Source of the DNA: Minisyncoccota bacterium
GTDB taxonomy: Bacteria > Patescibacteriota > Minisyncoccia > Phycocordibacterales > UBA9973
NCBI GenBank assembly: GCA_041662525.1
Contig: JBAZSF010000003.1
Coordinates: 14,187 to 78,186 of the forward strand
DNA: 64,000 bases
Reading direction: 5' to 3'
Position 1 is the first letter of the stretch. Each line of letters begins with the position of its first letter. The notes under the pieces were generated by a model. It ran no database searches and was not told the DNA's origin. It saw only the letters and a program-made list of their open reading frames with translations. A program made the translations under genes and the position numbers. Positions 58,069 through 64,000 of this stretch are shown piece after piece.

Positions 58069-60036
58069 GTGAAAAACCATCTAAATAAGCAAATAAATAA
58101 ACAACAAGGCCTCGCCCGTGGGTCTATGGCCGAGGGTATTATTTCTATCTCTTCCAAAGGCACAGGATATGTAGCTATCGGAATAGGAAAAAACAAAGAA
58201 CAAGATCCGGAGATTGACTTTAAACATTTGAACACGGCGCTTCATGGGGACACAGTAGAAATACTCCTCCATCCTAAAAGTCAGAAACGCCAGACTGCCG
58301 AAGTTGTAAAAATAATTTCTCGCGCAAAAATGCATTTTACTGGGGTCTTGGAACAAGAAAGTAATGTATTTTTTTTAAAACCAGACGATACGAAAATGTA
58401 TACAGATATTTTAATTCCAAAAGAAAGTTTTAATAACGCAAAAGCAGGACAAAAAGTTTTCGTAGAAATAGTTTCCTGGAAGGATGCCCAAAAAGCCCCG
58501 ATTGGAAAAGTAATAAAAATTCTAGGAAAACCTGGTGATAATGATACCGAAATGAATGCAATCGCTATAGAGAAAGGTTTTGATTCAAAACTCCCAGACA
58601 AAGTAGAAGAAGAAGCAAAAAAGATTAAATTAGAAGGAATTAAAAAAAATGATTATGAAAGTCGCCGCGATTTCAGGAAAACACTCACTTTTACAATTGA
58701 CCCTGAAGATGCAAAAGATTTTGATGATGCAATATCTTTTAAAGAAATGGAAAATGATAGATATGAAATAGGTATACATATCGCAGACGTGTCACATTAT
58801 GTCAGACCAGGTAGTGCACTAGATGATGAAGCCCGCGCAAGAGGAACTTCTGTTTATTTAGTGGATAGAACAATACCGATGCTCCCAGAGATTCTTTCGA
58901 ATGATTTATGTAGTTTAGTCCCAGACCAAGATCGACTCACGATGAGCGCAGTATTCACAATCGATAAAAATGCAGAAATAAAAAGTGAATGGTTTGGGGG
59001 CACAATAATACATTCACAAAAAAGATTTACTTATGAAGAAGCAGAAAAAACAATAAAAAACAACGAAACTCCACTTCATAAAGAACTTTCTATTTTAAAT
59101 AATTTAGCTAAAAAATTAACAAAAGAAAGATTTAAACAGGGTGCAATGTTCTTTGAACAAGAAGAAGTTAAATTTATTCTAGATGCTAAGGGTGTCCCAA
59201 TAAAAGTAATAAAAAAAGAACGAGGTGATTCTAATAAATTAGTGGAAGAATTTATGTTACTGGCAAATAAAAAGGTTGCAAAAGTTCTCTCTAAAAATAC
59301 TTCTATTTATCGTATTCATGATGAGCCCTCCAAAGAAAAAATGGCTGATCTAGCATTTTTCTTAGGAAGCTTGGGGCACAAGGTATCTTTACAAAATGGA
59401 ATAATCTCAACACACGAAATAAACAAATTACTCACAAACCTTAAAGAAAAAAAAGTAAATGAAATAACTAGAGACACAGTGAATCGTGCCATTATTAAGT
59501 CTATGGCGAAAGCACTTTATTCTACAAAAAATATCGGGCACTATGGTCTAGCTTTTGAATATTATACGCACTTTACTTCCCCCATTAGGAGATATCCAGA
59601 TATTATGGTGCATAGACTCCTCAGTATTTATTTGGCAAATAAAAAAATTGCAAAAGATAAATTAAAAGATAAATTATTTGAATACGAAAAAATTGCAATA
59701 ATTTCTTCTGAACAAGAAAAACGTGCTTCGGACGCCGAGCGTGCTTCGATAAAATACAAACAAGTAGAATATATGTCTAAACACAAAGAAGGCAGGTTTG
59801 ATGGAGTAATAAGTGGCGTAACAGAATGGGGTATTTATATTGAAGAAATAGAGACAAAATCCGAGGGTTTAGTGCGAATACGAAATATGAAAGATGACTT
59901 TTATATTTTTAATGAAAAGAAGTTAGAATTAATTGGACAAAAAAAGAAAAGGAAGTACCGTCTCGGTGACCGTGTTAAAATAAAAATAAAAGAAGTTAAT
60001 TTAGAGAAAAAAACCATAGACTATACATTGACATGA
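58069..60036 (+). CDS. rnr: Ribonuclease R
   Basis: TIDPEDAKDFDDA, HFTSPIRRYPD, C-terminal S1 domain. Confidence 0.95.
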   Translation: MKNHLNKQINKQQGLARGSMAEGIISISSKGTGYVAIGIGKNKEQDPEIDFKHLNTALHGDTVEILLHPKSQKRQTAEVVKIISRAKMHFTGVLEQESNVFFLKPDDTKMYTDILIPKESFNNAKAGQKVFVEIVSWKDAQKAPIGKVIKILGKPGDNDTEMNAIAIEKGFDSKLPDKVEEEAKKIKLEGIKKNDYESRRDFRKTLTFTIDPEDAKDFDDAISFKEMENDRYEIGIHIADVSHYVRPGSALDDEARARGTSVYLVDRTIPMLPEILSNDLCSLVPDQDRLTMSAVFTIDKNAEIKSEWFGGTIIHSQKRFTYEEAEKTIKNNETPLHKELSILNNLAKKLTKERFKQGAMFFEQEEVKFILDAKGVPIKVIKKERGDSNKLVEEFMLLANKKVAKVLSKNTSIYRIHDEPSKEKMADLAFFLGSLGHKVSLQNGIISTHEINKLLTNLKEKKVNEITRDTVNRAIIKSMAKALYSTKNIGHYGLAFEYYTHFTSPIRRYPDIMVHRLLSIYLANKKIAKDKLKDKLFEYEKIAIISSEQEKRASDAERASIKYKQVEYMSKHKEGRFDGVISGVTEWGIYIEEIETKSEGLVRIRNMKDDFYIFNEKKLELIGQKKKRKYRLGDRVKIKIKEVNLEKKTIDYTLT

Positions 60037-61943
60037 ACCCTGTTTTAAAAACAAAAATTAAATTAATATTTTGGATGATACCACCGGTAATTATTGGTAT
60101 TTTTTTTGCAACATTTATTTTTAATAATATTAATTTTGCAAAAATATTTCGATTCAAAAATAACGAGGCTTTAGTAGTCCAGCTTATCGCTCCCGAAACA
60201 ACGAAACCTAAATATTATTATATTAATAAAGATACAAATGGTGGACCAAAAGTATCTGCAAAAGCCTTTTTGGTCGGTGATTTAAATACTGGAGAAGTGA
60301 TCCTCTCAAAAAATCAAGATCAAAAATTCCCCATAGCTTCTACTTCCAAACTAATGACCGCACTTGTTACCAGTAAACTAATAAAATCAAACGAAACAAC
60401 CAAAATAACAAAAAATGCCCTGGCGACCTCTGGACAAAACGGAGAATTAAGATTAGGAGAAAAAATAAAAATTTCTGATCTGATATATCCGCTTCTTTTA
60501 GAATCAAGCAATGATGCGGCAGAAGCGCTTGCCCTATATTTTGGCAGAAATAATTTTATCGCAAAAATGAATCAAGAAGCTTCGGCTCTACAAATGACTT
60601 CCACTTCTTATGAAGACCCGAGTGGGCTAACTCCTAAAAATCAATCAACCGCATCTGATATGTTTAAATTGGCTGGATATATAGCACAGGAAAAATCTGA
60701 TTTATTTAAAATTACTACTAAAAGTAGTTATTCCACTAAAACCCACAGTTGGTCCAATATCAGCCAGTTTCTAAAAAATGATGAATATATGGGAGGTAAA
60801 AGTGGCTTCACAGATGAAGCTAAACAAACAGTCGTTTCCCTTTTCAATTTGCCCCTAAGTCAAACAGGTTCTCGTCCTATTGTTATCACCTTATTACAAA
60901 GCTCTGATCGTCAAAATGATGTGGCAACTATTTTAAAATATTTAAAGAAAAACGTATATTACGGTGGTGTCGCTGAGGCAAACACTAACTGGATACAAGA
61001 AAAAATTGGAATACCTGACATTAAAGAACAAAATTTTATTTCTCTTTCTTTTGCTGGCGATATAATGCTTGATCGTGGAGTAAAAAATTCAGTCATAAAG
61101 AATTTCAACAATGATTACTCTAAACTTTTTGAAAAATCAAACAACCTGCTAAGGTTGTTAAAAAACACAGATATTTTCTTTGCTAATTTAGAAGGTACCG
61201 CTTCTGATAAAGGCATTGATCAAAAGAATTTGTATTCATTTAGAATGAACCCTGCAGTTATTCCCACCCTTAAAGGTGCGGGTGTGAGCGTTTTGTCTTT
61301 GGCAAACAATCACGCAGCTGATTGGGGACGTAATGCTTTCGTTGATACTCTCGCACGCTTGAAGGAAAATGAAATCCTCTATACGGGAGGAGGAAGTAAC
61401 AAAATAGAAGCGGAGACACCAAAAATTATAGAAAAATATGGAATGAAAATCGGCTACCTTGGATTCTCTGACGTTGGACCAAATAATATGTCCGCAGATA
61501 TTGAAAAGACAGGGGTGCTTCTAGCGAACGATCCAAATTTTGATGAAATAATTAAAAATGCAGCGAAACAAGTTGATTACCTTGTAGTAACATTTCATTT
61601 TGGCGAAGAATATAAAGCCAAACATAATGCCAGACAAGAATATTTGGCGCATAGAGCGATCGATAATGGTGCAAAGATTATAATCGGTTCACACCCGCAT
61701 GTCATACAAGATACAGAAGTTTATAAAAATAGTTTTATCGCCTACTCACTTGGCAATTTTATCTTTGACCAATTTCGAAATAAATCAACCATGCAAGGCA
61801 TGCTTCTAGAATTAAAATTATTTAAAGATGGTTCGATGACTGTAAAGAAAAACATCACCCAACAAAATTCTGTTTTCCAAATAGAAAAAGTAACAGAAGG
61901 CAAAGAAGAAAACGTAAAATTCCAAACAACAAAAATAAATTAA
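60033..61943 (+). CDS. Fusion: D-Ala-D-Ala carboxypeptidase (S11) + CapA/PGA_cap metallophosphatase-like domain
   Basis: STSK, SSN, KSG motifs; then GDIM, NLE, LANNH, HFG, GSHPHV, YSLGNF. Confidence 0.88.
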   Translation: MNPVLKTKIKLIFWMIPPVIIGIFFATFIFNNINFAKIFRFKNNEALVVQLIAPETTKPKYYYINKDTNGGPKVSAKAFLVGDLNTGEVILSKNQDQKFPIASTSKLMTALVTSKLIKSNETTKITKNALATSGQNGELRLGEKIKISDLIYPLLLESSNDAAEALALYFGRNNFIAKMNQEASALQMTSTSYEDPSGLTPKNQSTASDMFKLAGYIAQEKSDLFKITTKSSYSTKTHSWSNISQFLKNDEYMGGKSGFTDEAKQTVVSLFNLPLSQTGSRPIVITLLQSSDRQNDVATILKYLKKNVYYGGVAEANTNWIQEKIGIPDIKEQNFISLSFAGDIMLDRGVKNSVIKNFNNDYSKLFEKSNNLLRLLKNTDIFFANLEGTASDKGIDQKNLYSFRMNPAVIPTLKGAGVSVLSLANNHAADWGRNAFVDTLARLKENEILYTGGGSNKIEAETPKIIEKYGMKIGYLGFSDVGPNNMSADIEKTGVLLANDPNFDEIIKNAAKQVDYLVVTFHFGEEYKAKHNARQEYLAHRAIDNGAKIIIGSHPHVIQDTEVYKNSFIAYSLGNFIFDQFRNKSTMQGMLLELKLFKDGSMTVKKNITQQNSVFQIEKVTEGKEENVKFQTTKIN

Positions 61944-62391
61944 AAAAATAAGCTGGGCGAATATTCCGCCCAGCCTGAAACAAACGATAAAATCAACAAA
62001 ATCAACATTCTTCGAACTTGTGATAGAACTGGCACGTGGGTTCGTCGCAACTGCGACGTTTTTTCCAACTCCCTCAAACATGCCTTTCAAAATCAATTTC
62101 CTTACCTTTTCCACAGGACACACAAATCGCGCCTGTGAAAACTACACTTCTAACATTTGATTTCTGGAAATAACTAGGTTCCATAAACTTATCCCCTTTC
62201 TTTTGGATTATTAGCCTAAGACTAATATTGTGTGGATTTTCTATTAAAAAACTAACATTGGCTCACTTTAAAGTCAAACTTTTATGAAAAGTCCTCCGTA
62301 TATTCTATTAGGGCGGAGGTGTTGCCTCCGCCCCATCCCAACAAAATTCTGTTTTCCAAATAGAAAAAGTAACAGAAGGCAAAGAAGAAAA
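61858..62391 (+). repeat. 55-bp direct repeat of the 3' end of the upstream gene (61858-61912 and 62337-62391)
   Basis: identical cccaacaaaattctgttttccaaatagaaaaagtaacagaaggcaaagaagaaaa. Confidence 0.9.
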
Positions 62392-62446
62392 TATTAAATT
62401 CCAAAACGTTAAAACTGCATCTACGCTATAGCGTAAATTAAAAACT

Positions 62447-63052
62447 TTAATATCCGGCTTGTTTGAGTAATTTTTTAAGCAATGAAACTGGCATGCCGAC
62501 GATGGATTCTTCGTCACCTTTAATTTTTTTCACATAAGGTCGGAGTATTGGAGATTGAACACCGAAGCCACCAGCTCTACCTAGTGCATCACCATTTTTT
62601 ATAAAATCTTCAATTACAGATTCTGGAAATTTATTAAAGAAAACTTGAGCTTTATCTATGCCTTCAAAATATTCTTTTGTGACTGTATTATAAACCACAA
62701 TAGCGGTCACGCCTTCGGGTCCTACTCCCCCGCCATATTCTCTTAAAAATTCACGGGCTTTTTCCGTAGAGTTTGGTTTCTCGCGCACCTTTCCATCACA
62801 AACAGCGATAACGTCAGAAGTGATAAGCAAAGCAGGTTCTTTTATTTTTGGAATCAAAACATCAGCTTTAGCACGAGCGACGACCAAAGGTCTTTCATAT
62901 GGATCATTCGTTTCAATTAATCTTTCATCAATATCAGGAACTAAAATATCAAAAACATAACCAGCTTTTTCAAGAATATTTTTCCTATATTTTGAAGATG
63001 AACCAAGAATTAGTTTCATAAATCTATTTTGCGATCTGAGTTGCTTCTTCAA
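62447..63052 (-). CDS. maf: Maf-family nucleoside triphosphate pyrophosphatase
   Basis: LILGSSS..R, IDER, KP, AGGF..Q, GMP. Confidence 0.92.
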   Translation of the reverse strand: MKKQLRSQNRFMKLILGSSSKYRKNILEKAGYVFDILVPDIDERLIETNDPYERPLVVARAKADVLIPKIKEPALLITSDVIAVCDGKVREKPNSTEKAREFLREYGGGVGPEGVTAIVVYNTVTKEYFEGIDKAQVFFNKFPESVIEDFIKNGDALGRAGGFGVQSPILRPYVKKIKGDEESIVGMPVSLLKKLLKQAGY

Positions 63053-64000
63053 ATTTTACAGAGAGAACTTTAGACGCTTCGTCGGAACCTATGGTGATAC
63101 CGTAAAGTACTCCGGCGCGGGACATCGTTTCTCTATTATGCGTAACGACGATGAGCTGAGAATGCTTGGAAAGCTTCTCTAGCATATCTCCATATTTGCG
63201 AGAATTTGCTTCATCTAGGGCTGCATCTGTCTCATCTAGCACTAAAAATGGTGGAGGGTTTACTTGCGACATAGCAAAAAGAAGAGCAATAGAAGTGAGT
63301 GATCTTTCTCCTCCAGAAAAAGCGTTTATCTCTTTTACTTTTTTATTCGGCAAAGAAACATTTATCTCTACCCCCTTTTCAACAACAACTTCTTTATCTT
63401 CAGGATCCTCACTGATATCTTCACCATCTTCAGATTCAATGTTTTTTCTCTTTTTTATTTCAACAACAGAAAGTGATCCATGTCCGCCGCCAAACATCAA
63501 AGAGAAAAATTCTTGAAATTCTGTATTAATTTTTTTAACACCCTCTTTAAATTCTATCTCTATTTTTTCTTTTAAATCTAAAATAAGTTTTTGCAAAAAC
63601 TCAATACTTTTTTCTAAGTCCTCCATTTCCTTCATTAAAAATTGGTCCCGCTCTCTCACCTCATCAAACTCTTTCATTAGTTCTGCTCCGTTACCAAGTC
63701 CTGCATCTTCTAATTTTATTTTTATGCGTTCAATCTTTCTTTTAAGTTCTTCTTGAGTAATTCCTGTACCAGTATTTTCAATTATAAAATTCTCATAAGA
63801 CAATTCCTCTTTGCCGACAAGAGCTTCCCCTTCTTTTATTTCATTTTCAAATCCCTCTCTACGATTTCTTAAATTTTCTTCTTTTATTGCCACAAGTTCT
63901 GAAGCGGAAGATAATTCTTGATGTCTGACTTTCCACGTAAATTTTTCTCGCTCGAGATCACGCAATGCCTCCATCTCTTTATTTATCGCTTGTTTTAATG
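63024..64000 (-). CDS. smc: SMC chromosome segregation ATPase, C-terminal part (runs off the window)
   Basis: FSGGE signature, LDETDAALD, VVTHN; frame open to the window edge. Confidence 0.93.
   Translation of the reverse strand, partial: LKQAINKEMEALRDLEREKFTWKVRHQELSSASELVAIKEENLRNRREGFENEIKEGEALVGKEELSYENFIIENTGTGITQEELKRKIERIKIKLEDAGLGNGAELMKEFDEVRERDQFLMKEMEDLEKSIEFLQKLILDLKEKIEIEFKEGVKKINTEFQEFFSLMFGGGHGSLSVVEIKKRKNIESEDGEDISEDPEDKEVVVEKGVEINVSLPNKKVKEINAFSGGERSLTSIALLFAMSQVNPPPFLVLDETDAALDEANSRKYGDMLEKLSKHSQLIVVTHNRETMSRAGVLYGITIGSDEASKVLSVKFEEATQIAK

Noticed and set aside
61858-62405. DGR template/variable repeat pair
   Set aside because: Mismatches (cgta vs tatt) are not adenine-specific and no reverse transcriptase is present.
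166-63516. Numerous short antisense/overlapping ORFs in the six-frame track (e.g. 15078-15527, 30777-31283, 46448-47023, 53057-53488)
   Set aside because: Shadows of well-supported genes on the opposite strand with no recognisable motifs.

Overview
AT-rich window from a genome-reduced bacterium, most likely Patescibacteria/CPR (Parcubacteria-like). This is inferred from gene content, the short RNase P RNA, CPR-type surface proteins and many apparently leaderless genes. TGA is used as a stop. The core genes are tgt, mreC/mreB, proS, rpsB/tsf, rpoB-rpoC-dnaG-rpoD, trmD-khpA-rpsP, rnr, maf and a partial smc. Highlights: (1) tRNA-Asn(GUU) is split inside the anticodon by a 576-nt group I intron that carries an HNH endonuclease. 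(2) An island next to tRNA-Ala has a frameshifted large serine recombinase, TWO back-to-back SAM-I-type riboswitches (one facing the recombinase, neither facing sulfur/methionine genes), an attenuator-like structured leader and nuclease cargo. (3) A DsrC/TusE-family gene has its TGA exactly at the catalytic C-terminal Cys position, followed by a SECIS-like hairpin. (4) A six-gene SAM-independent polyamine cluster has its own aspartate-semialdehyde supply. (5) A family of ~120-150-nt palindromic elements includes one copy inserted in-frame in tgt, and a RAYT with flanking REPs is also present. (6) A cohesin-dockerin-fibre surface cluster and a secreted hexapeptide-repeat protein are present. 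All calls come from manual reading; no searches were run.
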